From assembly GCA_902519845.1 (NCBI GenBank), contig CABYLQ010000005.1:16425-80424 (forward strand): a stretch of 64,000 nt of DNA. Direction: 5' to 3'. The position numbers and the translations under genes are program-made. Under the pieces are notes generated by a model that worked only from the letters and a program-made list of their open reading frames with translations, ran no database searches and was not told where the DNA came from. Of this stretch, positions 29,947 to 39,192 are shown one piece after another (positions within the stretch are counted from its first letter, which is position 1; each line of letters starts with the position of its first letter). Origin of the DNA: an uncultured Candidatus Actinomarina sp. Lineage in GTDB: Bacteria; Actinomycetota; Acidimicrobiia; Actinomarinales; Actinomarinaceae.

Positions 29947-32481
29947 ATGAAATATAAAAGTAGAGCAATGTTTAGAAAAAGTACTTTTATAGCTTTGATA
30001 TTTTTAACTGGACTAATTTGCTTGTATTCTTTTCAAATATTCTTTCAATATAATGAAAATTTAACAATTATAAATGATGATAATTTAAAACCTTGTGAGT
30101 ATTTTGCTTCAGATTTAGAATCTGAAAAATTAATTTTTGAAAACAGATATCAGGACCTACCTATATTTCCAGAAATAGAAAATTTAAATTGTATAGGAAA
30201 GATAATTGATATAGATTTTACAAATCAAGAAGTGATTGTCGGATCTAGCACTTTGCTTTCGAATATTTTTGAATTTTTTGGATATATTTTTCTATTTTTT
30301 TTCAGTTTTATAAAAAAAAGTAAAAACTTAATGTTTGTTTTTGCTGGATTCTTATTAATTGAATGGTCAAAGAACAATATTTTTCAATACATCGAAATTT
30401 GGGACAATATATTGAAAAAAATAATTCCATTATATTTCTTATCCTTAATTGTTCATATATTTTTTAATTTTAAAAAAGATTATTCTGAAATAAAAAAAAA
30501 TAAATTTAGATACGATATAAATTTTTTAAGATTTATTTCGGTTATATCTGTTGTCTTTTATCACATTGAAATTCCTTTTTTTGAAGCTGGCTGGTTAGGG
30601 GTAGATGTCTTTTTTGTTATCTCTGGATATTTAATATGTAATTCATTAGTAAGTAAATTAAATGACGAACAATTTACATTTAAGGATTTTTACTATAGAA
30701 GAATAAACAGAATATTACCATCTTTGTATGTTGTTCTGATTTTTTCATTTCTACTTTCTCGGATAATACTTAGTGATAAAGGAATAAGAGAATTTAATAA
30801 CTCTTTTGTTAGTGTTATAGGATTTTTGTCAAATTATTATTTTAGAGGCAATAACCTTTATACGGCGGAACCTTCTGGATTGGTGCCTTTGCTTCATGCG
30901 TGGAGTCTATCAATTGAAGAACAATTTTACTTTTTTTTTCCTTTATTAATATTTATAGTTTTTAGATTAAAAAAGGAATTTACTGGTTACGTTGTTACTA
31001 TATTAATTTTTTACTCAATATTTTTAAATCTTGGAAATTATGAAGCGAATGATATATTTTATATTACCAAATTCAGAATATGGGAACTTTGTCTAGGTGT
31101 GTTATTAGTTTTTATAAATAAAGATCGACTTAGCCTTAGTAAACATTTTTATTATTTAGGATATCTTATAATTGTTTGTTCAATTTTATTATTTAATAAT
31201 GAAGTAGAAAGCTTATTACCCAAGATTGTTACTTTACTTGGTGTTTCTCTAATTATTCTAAAAAAAGAAGATAATCTCAAATTCAAAAATTTTTTTAGCA
31301 ATTCATTTATTTCTTTAATTGGGTTGAGTTCATATTCAATTTATTTATATCATCAGCCTATATTTGCTTTTTATAGAAATTTAAAAGAAAATTACCTGAT
31401 TAAAAAAAGCCTTTCTGAATTTGTGTATTTTAAAGAAAACTTATTTTTAAACTATCTTTTCGATGATTCTTTTTTACCATATATATTTTTATTAACAATT
31501 ACATTATTAATTGGAGTATTTTCATATAAAAAAATTGAGCTTGAATTTATCGGTTCCGACAGTTTTAATTCTAAAAATTTGATTTTATTCTTTTTAACTA
31601 TATCAATTGGCGTCTTTGTTTATTTTGAAAACATAAATAACTCTATTGCACTAAAAAGCACTGATAATGAAATACCTATGTACAACGACAGAATGCCTGA
31701 ACTAGAAAATCTTTTAGCTCAAAAGAAAATTAACAAGAGCATTTATGTTGTTGGCGACTCTCACATGGATATGGAAAAACAATTTAATTATTTTCGTATT
31801 AAAGGTTTCGAAATAGAAAGATTTATTGAGGGTAATTGTTTTTATATTAAAAATTTATATGTCTCAGATTTAGAAAGCAATTTAGAACCATGGTGTAAAG
31901 ACTTACATAATCAAACAAAAGATTCCTTAAGCAATGTAGAAAATTCTATAATTTTATATGGTGGAATACTACCCAATTATATCGAAAAAGAACAGTTCTA
32001 TAATGGATATGTTTTTAACGAGAGACGAACTCCCAAGTTATTCATACGTGATGATCAATCTCAGGAAAAAAACATTGCACAATATACAGACATAAAATAT
32101 GAATTAGATTTAACAATTACTGAACTTGCAAAAAATGGGAATATCATAATAATTATTTATCCAGTACCCGAAGCTGCATGGAACATAGAAAAAATAAACA
32201 ATCTGATTCCAAATTTTGAAAAAATAGACTTACATTACAATTACGACTTTTTTTATTCTAGAGCTAAAAGTTCAATTAATATATATGACTCTTTGACAAA
32301 TGACAATATAGTGAAAGTAAAACCATCAATGTTATTTTGTAACAGTTATATAAAAGGAAGATGTGTAATAAGTTACAACGGAAATCTTTTTTATGAAGAC
32401 TATGATCATTTAAATTCTTCTGGAAATGAGATCTTAATAACTAATATGATCGATAACTTAATTTATAAATTGAAAAAATAA
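29947..32481 (+). CDS. O-acyltransferase, AT3 (OafA-like) membrane domain fused to a C-terminal SGNH-like domain, with a ~190-aa N-terminal extra module
   Basis: FLRFISVISVVFYHIEIPFFEAGWLGVDVFFVISGYLI (AT3 signature), LHAWSLSIEEQFYF, and C-terminal VVGDSHMD (GDS-type motif). Confidence 0.8.
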   Translation: MKYKSRAMFRKSTFIALIFLTGLICLYSFQIFFQYNENLTIINDDNLKPCEYFASDLESEKLIFENRYQDLPIFPEIENLNCIGKIIDIDFTNQEVIVGSSTLLSNIFEFFGYIFLFFFSFIKKSKNLMFVFAGFLLIEWSKNNIFQYIEIWDNILKKIIPLYFLSLIVHIFFNFKKDYSEIKKNKFRYDINFLRFISVISVVFYHIEIPFFEAGWLGVDVFFVISGYLICNSLVSKLNDEQFTFKDFYYRRINRILPSLYVVLIFSFLLSRIILSDKGIREFNNSFVSVIGFLSNYYFRGNNLYTAEPSGLVPLLHAWSLSIEEQFYFFFPLLIFIVFRLKKEFTGYVVTILIFYSIFLNLGNYEANDIFYITKFRIWELCLGVLLVFINKDRLSLSKHFYYLGYLIIVCSILLFNNEVESLLPKIVTLLGVSLIILKKEDNLKFKNFFSNSFISLIGLSSYSIYLYHQPIFAFYRNLKENYLIKKSLSEFVYFKENLFLNYLFDDSFLPYIFLLTITLLIGVFSYKKIELEFIGSDSFNSKNLILFFLTISIGVFVYFENINNSIALKSTDNEIPMYNDRMPELENLLAQKKINKSIYVVGDSHMDMEKQFNYFRIKGFEIERFIEGNCFYIKNLYVSDLESNLEPWCKDLHNQTKDSLSNVENSIILYGGILPNYIEKEQFYNGYVFNERRTPKLFIRDDQSQEKNIAQYTDIKYELDLTITELAKNGNIIIIIYPVPEAAWNIEKINNLIPNFEKIDLHYNYDFFYSRAKSSINIYDSLTNDNIVKVKPSMLFCNSYIKGRCVISYNGNLFYEDYDHLNSSGNEILITNMIDNLIYKLKK

Positions 32482-32537
32482 AAATCATAATAAATATATA
32501 TTCAAAATTAATTTTGTAATTCAAGAACATAGAATTG

Positions 32538-32630
32538 ATGAAAAGAAAAGGTTTGAAATATCGGCCTGAAATTGATGGTCTTATAGCCTTGGCAGTTATA
32601 ACTATAAATTTATTTCATGCAAAAAATTAA
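32538..32630 (+). pseudogene. 30-codon N-terminal relic of a second AT3 acyltransferase gene
   Basis: MKRKGLKYRPEIDGLIALAVITINLFHAKN then stop. YRPEIDGL.ALAV....FHA is the canonical N-terminus of OafA-type acyltransferases. No continuation of homology is seen downstream. Confidence 0.6.
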
Positions 32631-32698
32631 AGCTCCTGTCTGACTATTTATGTAACCAAAAATTAACAATTTCGTGTTAATATTTAAATATTATTGAC

Positions 32699-33436
32699 AA
32701 CAAAGCATCAATTAAAAATCATTTAAAAGATTTAACCGAAAATATTTTTGTTTTATATCATCATTTAGGATTAGGTGACCATATAATATGCAACGGTCTG
32801 GTTAACTATGTATCCACAAATAGCAAAAAAATTTATCTACCAGTCAATTATTTATTCAAAGATCAAATTACTTATTTATATAGTAATAATAAAAAGATAA
32901 AAGTTTTCCCTGTAAACCTTGGTGAGCACAATGATGCCGATAAAGAAGTTGAGGCTTTTGCACAAAAAAATAATATTCCTGTTCTTAAAATTGGTTTTGA
33001 AAATAGGTTAAATCAACGAATACCATTCTACAAATCCTTCTATAAACAAATAGGTCTTAGATATAATATTTCCTATAAACACTTCAATCCCCCTTCAGAT
33101 ATAAAAAAAGAAGAAAAATTATACAACCATTTAATCAAGTTATTTAATGTTGAAAATGATAAATACATTCTTGTACACAATGAGGCATCAGATACTAAAT
33201 ATGATTTAAGAATAGGTAGTGATTTGAATGTTATAAGCCTTTCTAACAAGTTTGATATTTTTGATAACATTTTTTTATATAAAAAAATTATTATGAATGC
33301 CTCAGAGATACATTGTATAAACAGTAGTTTCGCACATTTAGTTGATAGATTTGAAACTAGTGGCAGACGGATATATCATGACGTTAGAGGCGGAAAATTA
33401 AAATTTAAGAAGAAGTGGAACTATATTGGCTACTGA
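32699..33436 (+). CDS. GT9-like (heptosyltransferase-like) small protein; open frame without a canonical start codon in its first 175 codons
   Basis: The frame is open from 32699 (after an in-frame TGA at 32696) to the TGA at 33434. IFVLYHHLGLGDHIICNGL resembles the GT9 N-terminal (S/L)GD motif and HCINSSFAHLV resembles the GT9 NDSG.MHLA motif. The first in-frame ATG/GTG/TTG is at 33224. Confidence 0.35.
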   Translation, partial: NKASIKNHLKDLTENIFVLYHHLGLGDHIICNGLVNYVSTNSKKIYLPVNYLFKDQITYLYSNNKKIKVFPVNLGEHNDADKEVEAFAQKNNIPVLKIGFENRLNQRIPFYKSFYKQIGLRYNISYKHFNPPSDIKKEEKLYNHLIKLFNVENDKYILVHNEASDTKYDLRIGSDLNVISLSNKFDIFDNIFLYKKIIMNASEIHCINSSFAHLVDRFETSGRRIYHDVRGGKLKFKKKWNYIGY

Positions 33437-33515
33437 AATTAAAGTTGATGTATCAAGCGGTGAGCTAATAGACAAAAAGACTATTTTTTCTTATTCCACT
33501 TTAAAAACCTTATAA
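33426..33515 (+). pseudogene. 29-codon relic homologous to the N-terminus of the downstream 124-aa gene
   Basis: (TTG)ATEIKVDVSSGELIDKKTIF aligns with MDININISIGELIDKITIL of ORF 33679..34053. Shares an identical 10-mer atagacaaaa. Overlaps the stop of the preceding ORF. Confidence 0.4.
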
Positions 33516-33678
33516 GTTAAATCATTTGGATACGTGTAAGGAGTGACTTGAAGTTTATAAAAGAGTTATCTGCATTCCTCCAAACCTAGATTTAAAAAAA
33601 TCAGATCAAGAACATGTAAATAATTATCTTATACAATATATTAGAAAAAATAATTAAATCTAACAGTAGAATAATTTA

Positions 33679-34053
33679 ATGGATATCAATATAAATATTT
33701 CGATTGGCGAACTCATAGACAAAATAACTATATTAGAGATAAAATCAATAAAAATTAAAGATAAAGGAAAATTAAAAAATATAAATTTTGAACTACAAAT
33801 GTTGGAGAAAGAGTTAAAAAAAATAAGTCTCAACAGTGAAATTATAGAAATGCAAAAAGAGCTTTACGAGACAAATTTAAGAATGTGGAAAATAGAAGAA
33901 GATATTAGAGTTTATGAGAAAAGTGGTGACTTTGGTCCAAAATTTATAGAACTAGCCAGAAGTGTTTATCAGGAAAATGATCTAAGATCAGAAATTAAAA
34001 AAAATATAAATACATTAAGTAGATCAAAAATTATTGAAGAAAAATCATATTAA
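33679..34053 (+). CDS. small helical protein of unknown function
   Basis: 124-aa ORF that is Lys/Glu-rich with a predicted coiled-coil-like character. A truncated paralog fragment lies 250 nt upstream. Confidence 0.55.
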   Translation: MDININISIGELIDKITILEIKSIKIKDKGKLKNINFELQMLEKELKKISLNSEIIEMQKELYETNLRMWKIEEDIRVYEKSGDFGPKFIELARSVYQENDLRSEIKKNINTLSRSKIIEEKSY

Positions 34054-34086
34054 ATTTTTTATTTTTTAAATAAATTTTTGTGACTA

Positions 34087-34923
34087 TTACGAGATTATAT
34101 TTTTCTTTACAAATAAAAAATCAGGAAACATCGCAGTGGTAACTAATTTATACCCATTAATTAGTAATTTAAAAAAAATGAAAAAAGCACTTTTATATGC
34201 CCTAAAATAAGGACCGTGAATTTCATCAAACTCGACAAGTATTTGATCTGGAAATATTTTTTTGTCTAGGATGTCTGGGATTACAATATTTTCAGCTCCT
34301 TCGATGTCAAGTTTTAGTAATGTAACATTAGACAGGTTGTAAATTTCTACTATTTCAGATATTGATATAGTTTCAACTTCAATAAAATCTGTATCTTTAG
34401 AATAATTGTTTATCCAGTTTGAAATACTATGGCTAACAAATTCTTTTTCTTTAGGTTTATAAAATTTTATTTTTTCGTTTGATTTATTTGTAAGAGCCTT
34501 ATCAATAATTACTATCTTATCTTTTTTAATATTCTCAAGATCATATGAGTTAATTTCTTGCTTACCTCCGTTTAAATCATAACTCTTTGTTTTTTTGACA
34601 CCTAAGTTTTTGACTGTTTCTTCTAGATGAGATAAAGCCCTAGGAGTTGGGTCAATAAAAATAACTTTTGAATTGTATTTATTTATAAATTCGATATCAA
34701 ATGAAATGTCCTCACCGGCACCTGCTGATATTATCACACTATCATAAAGGTTGTCATTTTCAATAAATGACCAGCCACCATATGGTGTACCCAAAAACAC
34801 AGTTTCAGTATCAATAGAGATTTTCTTTATGAAAAACATAAACAATTTCTTAAAAGAAGAAAAAAATAGTCGATAGTAAACAGCTCTTATTATTTTTACG
34901 AAAATATTCAATTTTTTAACCAC
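34087..34923 (-). CDS. FkbM-family methyltransferase
   Basis: VIISAGAGEDISFD (motif I region) and LLKLDIEGAENIVIPDIL. Confidence 0.7.
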   Translation of the reverse strand: MVKKLNIFVKIIRAVYYRLFFSSFKKLFMFFIKKISIDTETVFLGTPYGGWSFIENDNLYDSVIISAGAGEDISFDIEFINKYNSKVIFIDPTPRALSHLEETVKNLGVKKTKSYDLNGGKQEINSYDLENIKKDKIVIIDKALTNKSNEKIKFYKPKEKEFVSHSISNWINNYSKDTDFIEVETISISEIVEIYNLSNVTLLKLDIEGAENIVIPDILDKKIFPDQILVEFDEIHGPYFRAYKSAFFIFFKLLINGYKLVTTAMFPDFLFVKKNIIS

Positions 34924-35939
34924 GATAAGTTATTCATGTACCAATTCACTGTTTGAGTTATTCCGGTTTCAAAGTCTCTGTCATAGACACCATTAAGTGA
35001 ACTTAGTAAAGAGTTGTCTAACCCATATTTAATATCATGTCCTGGTCTATTTGGATCTTTATTGATAAGTTTATAAGAAAATTTTTTGTTCAAGTTTTTA
35101 GATATCAACTGAGCAACTTCTAAATTGCTGACTAAACTTTCACCTGTTATGTTAATTTTGGTTGGCTCTTTTTTTTGAACTTTTAAAGCTTCTCGTTTTA
35201 CGTTTTCGTAATTTTGTATCAAGAACAATATGGTTTTAGCTAAGTCTGTGTTGTGAATATAGTATCTACTTCCTGGTGTGTTGGAATTATCTGTATGAAT
35301 AATAACTTCTTGGTTATCTAATATTTTCTTTATAGTATTCGGAATAAATTTTTCATAATGTTGTCTTTCTCCATAAACATTTGAGCAATGAGTAATTAGT
35401 GCAGGAATTAAATAAGTGTTTGAGTAAGCAATAGTTAACTCTTCTCCTGCAGCTTTTGTTGCAGAGTAAGGATTTTTTGAATTATATCTGTCCCATTCAG
35501 AAAATTTTACATTTTCTTCAGAAGGACCAAAAACCTCATCTGTACTAAAATAATAAAATAATTCCAAATTATTTAATTTTTTGGCAAATTCAAGTAGATT
35601 AAATGTTCCAATAATGTTGTCTTGAACAAAAGTTAATGGATTTTTTACTGATCTTGTTACATGGGATGATGCACCTATATGCAAAATTATGTTTGTCTCG
35701 ATTAGGTCACTAACAATGTCTTCATGAAATTCAGCTTTTAAATCATGATAGAGAAAATTGATTCTGTTCTGATAATCTTTATCTAAGTCATTTATAACTT
35801 CTTCTATTCTTTTTGGATTTCCAGCATAACTTAATCTATCTAATATTGTTATTTTCCAATCGGTGTTTATTAATATTTCTTTAAATGCCTGGTGACCAAT
35901 AAAACCTGCGCCACCAGTTATTAGGATGTTTTTACTCAT
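34908..35939 (-). CDS. NDP-hexose 4,6-dehydratase (dTDP-glucose 4,6-dehydratase-like)
   Basis: ILITGGAGFIGHQ, FSTDEVFGP and NPYSATKAAGEEL (YxxxK) are as in RmlB-type extended SDRs. Confidence 0.8.
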   Translation of the reverse strand: MSKNILITGGAGFIGHQAFKEILINTDWKITILDRLSYAGNPKRIEEVINDLDKDYQNRINFLYHDLKAEFHEDIVSDLIETNIILHIGASSHVTRSVKNPLTFVQDNIIGTFNLLEFAKKLNNLELFYYFSTDEVFGPSEENVKFSEWDRYNSKNPYSATKAAGEELTIAYSNTYLIPALITHCSNVYGERQHYEKFIPNTIKKILDNQEVIIHTDNSNTPGSRYYIHNTDLAKTILFLIQNYENVKREALKVQKKEPTKINITGESLVSNLEVAQLISKNLNKKFSYKLINKDPNRPGHDIKYGLDNSLLSSLNGVYDRDFETGITQTVNWYMNNLSWLKN

Positions 35940-36024
35940 ATTGTTACATACTACTTTAATTTTTAATGGTTCTATGAATATTTTATTCTAAAAAATACGG
36001 ACAATAATAAACCTGAAGATAATT

Positions 36025-36618
36025 TCAATCTACTGTTTTCCACAAATGTAAACAGGCAATTGATTTAAAAGGGGACCATTTCTCTGCATATTTATCATAT
36101 TTATTCCAGTCACTTGCGACTTCTATCATTCCAAAATTATTCATAGCAAGTCTCAGTCCTGCATCTTTTGATGAAAACACATCTAAATTGCCAATACAAA
36201 AAATTTCAAACATATTTAAAGACCAAGGTCCAACTCCAAACACTGAAAGCAATTTATTATTCAAAGTATCTTTATCTAATTTAGTTAAATCTTGAAAGCT
36301 TTGACTCAAAAATAATTCTGAAAGCTCCTTAATTGTTTTTGCTTTGTTAGTGCTTAACCCTAATTTCTTAATTTCATATAATGTTAAATTTTGAAAATGT
36401 TTTTCATTTAAATATTCTGAATTAAAATTTACTCTAATATTCTCAAAAATAGAATTTGCTGCTTTTGTGGATATAAATTGCGAAACTACAATTCCTACAA
36501 GAGTGTCAAACTGATTATCCTTGTTGGGTCTAAATTTCAAATGACCATTTTTATCAATAATTTTTTTTAACTTTTTGTCTGTTTGTCTTAAATATTCTTC
36601 TTTTTTTGAAAATCTCAC
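36025..36618 (-). CDS. DNA-3-methyladenine glycosylase II-like (HhH-GPD family)
   Basis: VGIVVSQFISTKAANSIF and the HhH-GPD segment LLSVFGVGPWSLNMFEIFCIGNLDVFSSKDAGLR. Confidence 0.7.
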   Translation of the reverse strand: MRFSKKEEYLRQTDKKLKKIIDKNGHLKFRPNKDNQFDTLVGIVVSQFISTKAANSIFENIRVNFNSEYLNEKHFQNLTLYEIKKLGLSTNKAKTIKELSELFLSQSFQDLTKLDKDTLNNKLLSVFGVGPWSLNMFEIFCIGNLDVFSSKDAGLRLAMNNFGMIEVASDWNKYDKYAEKWSPFKSIACLHLWKTVD

Positions 36619-36639
36619 TGTTTAAATTAAAATTTTATA

Positions 36640-37404
36640 TTAAGTTGCTTCACCAAAAATATATTTCTCACGATGATAGATTTCATTATCTTTATTATTT
36701 TTTTCAGCAAATAATGAAAGTCTAATATTTTTTTTATTAAAATTTTCTTTGTCGTAACAATTCGATTTTGAAATATTAATAAATCCAGCGAGTTTAAGTA
36801 GTCTAACTATACCTTTTCTAGATGGAAAAAAATAAGCTCCATTATTAACTATTTCGATTGCCTCATGGTTGGCTATTTTTTGATTACGAGTCGTGGATGT
36901 TTCTAAAACTAGAACACCGTTTTCGTTCATCAGATTATGAAGCTTTTTGAGCAATCTAAGCTGCTCAGGGACATGATAAATAACCCCTGTAAACCAAATT
37001 AAATCAAACTTTCCTAGTTTCTGCATTTCGTCATTATCAAGATAATTTATATTTCCAAAAATAAATTCATAATCAGAAACTACTTTCTCAAGATTTGGTA
37101 ACAAATTATTTTTATAAAACGTATTAACTGGATGGTTCTCTTGCTGAATTTCTTCAAGGTCATTTAAGATTAACTTTGAAGGAGATAGCGAATCAAGCCT
37201 TAAGGTATCCTCACCATCTTTTGGACCGACTTCTAAAATTCTTTTATTTTCAAAATAATCTTTGCCATATTTTTCTTTTAATTCTTTAAATAAGTATTCC
37301 CTATAAGGGTTTCTTAATTTTCCAGTTAAACGAATTTCACTCAAAAAAATTTTATAATATATTTTTTTTAAAAACCAAATAATCTCATAATATTTGTTAA
37401 TCAT
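36640..37404 (-). CDS. class I SAM-dependent methyltransferase
   Basis: ILEVGPKDGEDTLRL (motif I) and FDLIWFTGVIYHVPEQLRLLKKLHNLMNENGVLVLET. Confidence 0.65.
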   Translation of the reverse strand: MINKYYEIIWFLKKIYYKIFLSEIRLTGKLRNPYREYLFKELKEKYGKDYFENKRILEVGPKDGEDTLRLDSLSPSKLILNDLEEIQQENHPVNTFYKNNLLPNLEKVVSDYEFIFGNINYLDNDEMQKLGKFDLIWFTGVIYHVPEQLRLLKKLHNLMNENGVLVLETSTTRNQKIANHEAIEIVNNGAYFFPSRKGIVRLLKLAGFINISKSNCYDKENFNKKNIRLSLFAEKNNKDNEIYHREKYIFGEAT

Positions 37405-37527
37405 TTTTTAAGTTTACTTTAAATAATATTAAGAATTCTTAATGTTCGAAATATCTAAATATGAAAATACTAACTTCATCGGTTTTGTATTTTCATTAAT
37501 TCTCTTCGAAAAAACCATTATGGTTAA

Positions 37528-37603
37528 TGGTGGCCAGAGGCAGAATCGAACTGCCGACCCCTTGTTTTTCAGACAAGTGCTCTACCGACTGAGCTATCTG
37601 GCC
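37528..37603 (-). tRNA. tRNA-Phe (anticodon GAA), CCA encoded
   Basis: The reverse complement GGCCAGATAGCTCAGTCGGTAGAGCACTTGTCTGAAAAACAAGGGGTCGGCAGTTCGATTCTGCCTCTGGCCACCA folds as a cloverleaf. The anticodon loop is CTGAAAA. Confidence 0.95.
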
Positions 37604-37608
37604 TTTTG

Positions 37609-37683
37609 CGGGGACGACGGGATTCGAACCCGCGACCTCCTGCGTGACAGGCAGGCGTAAACTCCAGACTTTACCACGCCCCC
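37609..37683 (-). tRNA. tRNA-Asp (anticodon GUC)
   Basis: The reverse complement is GGGGGCGTGGTAAAGTCTGGAGTTTACGCCTGCCTGTCACGCAGGAGGTCGCGGGTTCGAATCCCGTCGTCCCCG. The anticodon loop is CTGTCAC. Lies 5 nt from tRNA-Phe. Confidence 0.9.
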
Positions 37684-37747
37684 ATGAACTAAAATTATAA
37701 CGTAATTTATCTCGTTCAAATAAATTTTATTACAATATTATTGATAT

Positions 37748-39190
37748 ATGAGAATAAATGAAATAGTAAAATATTCTTTCAGGTTTTTTATTTTACAGAT
37801 ATTGCTCACACTCTTAACAGTTTTTTATTTTGATAATTTTTTGATTGGAGATTATACAGATGGATATGAACTTATAATTTATAACTTAATTGAAGACAGA
37901 GATAGATTTTATCCAATAATTCCTAATTCACTCATGAAGATAGATATCTTTTTGGCTTTATTCATATTTGTCTTTCTTATCATTCTTTATTCAACAAAGT
38001 TTTATACATATGTAAATGAATTAAGTTTTTTATCAAACAATAAAAGTTACGATGAGTTTTTTTCAATATATCTTTTATGGACAAGTTCTTTATTCGTGTT
38101 CATGATGATATTTAGATTTGATGCTGTATCCAGATTTTATTTAATATTGTTTACTTTTATAGTGCCTGCTATTTTAGTTTCTCTAAGAAATAGTGAAACA
38201 TTGTCATCATTGCTTGGAAGATCTCCTGTAAAAGAGAATTATATCTCATTTAACTTAGACCAAGACTCGATATTTAAACAATTGAGGATTATTTCACTAA
38301 GAAATTCAGTCGGAAATAATAAGATTAATATCAATAAAGATCATGAAAAAGTGATAGATATAATTAATAACCAAAATAAAAGGGGAAATATTAATTTAGT
38401 TGTATTAAATTTAAATGAAGAAAAAGTAGTGAATGAGAAACTACTTAACTTTTTAATCAACTTAAACAAAAAAGTTTTACTTATCTCAAAAGAGAATATC
38501 GAATTTAAAAGGATATTTATTAAGAGAACTGAAGAATTATCTGATTATGTTCTTAATTATTTTAATAATGATATTCAATATGGAGCAAAATACATACTTA
38601 AAAGAGGAATGGATATATTTTTATCTAGTGTAGGAATAATTATCACTTTTCCATTTTTTATATTAATTGCTTTATACATAATTTTTATTGATGGAAAGCC
38701 ATTTTTAATTAAGCAAGAAAGAATTGGACTTCATGGTAAAAAATTTCTTATGTACAAGTTTAGAACAATGCAAAAAGACGCACATATAAAAAGAAATGAC
38801 CTATCAAACTTGAACCAAAGAGATGATATATTATTCAAGATAGAGGATGATCCTAGACTGCTTAAGGGATCTGCTTTTCTGAGAAAATTTAGTTTAGATG
38901 AAATCCCTCAATTTGTTAATGTAATTAAAGGTGAAATGTCTCTCGTGGGACCAAGACCATTATTTGAGGAGGATACTTCAAAATATGATGTAAATTATAT
39001 GAGAAGGCTAAATGTACTTCCAGGCATAACCGGATTACTCCAGATTAAAGACAGAAACGCTCCTAGTTTTGAAACATGGTATAAATATGATATTGAGTAC
39101 ATAGATAATTGGTCTCTTTCTTTTGATTTAAAGATTTTACTGAAAACTCCACTTTCGCTATTTAGAAGCAATAACAATAAAGGACTTTGA
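37748..39190 (+). CDS. polyprenyl-phosphate sugar-1-phosphate transferase (WbaP-type initiating phosphoglycosyltransferase)
   Basis: N-terminal TM bundle plus KRGMDIFLSSVGIIITFPFF, MYKFRTM, RKFSLDEIPQFVNVIKGEMSLVGPRP (Bac_transf signature). Confidence 0.9.
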   Translation: MRINEIVKYSFRFFILQILLTLLTVFYFDNFLIGDYTDGYELIIYNLIEDRDRFYPIIPNSLMKIDIFLALFIFVFLIILYSTKFYTYVNELSFLSNNKSYDEFFSIYLLWTSSLFVFMMIFRFDAVSRFYLILFTFIVPAILVSLRNSETLSSLLGRSPVKENYISFNLDQDSIFKQLRIISLRNSVGNNKININKDHEKVIDIINNQNKRGNINLVVLNLNEEKVVNEKLLNFLINLNKKVLLISKENIEFKRIFIKRTEELSDYVLNYFNNDIQYGAKYILKRGMDIFLSSVGIIITFPFFILIALYIIFIDGKPFLIKQERIGLHGKKFLMYKFRTMQKDAHIKRNDLSNLNQRDDILFKIEDDPRLLKGSAFLRKFSLDEIPQFVNVIKGEMSLVGPRPLFEEDTSKYDVNYMRRLNVLPGITGLLQIKDRNAPSFETWYKYDIEYIDNWSLSFDLKILLKTPLSLFRSNNNKGL

Positions 39191-39192
39191 AG

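Noticed and set aside
37442-37660. 72-aa ORF on the plus strand
   Set aside because: It runs antisense straight through tRNA-Phe and tRNA-Asp. Its GC-rich middle (GGQRQNRTADP...) is simply the complement of the tRNA genes, so it is not a protein gene.
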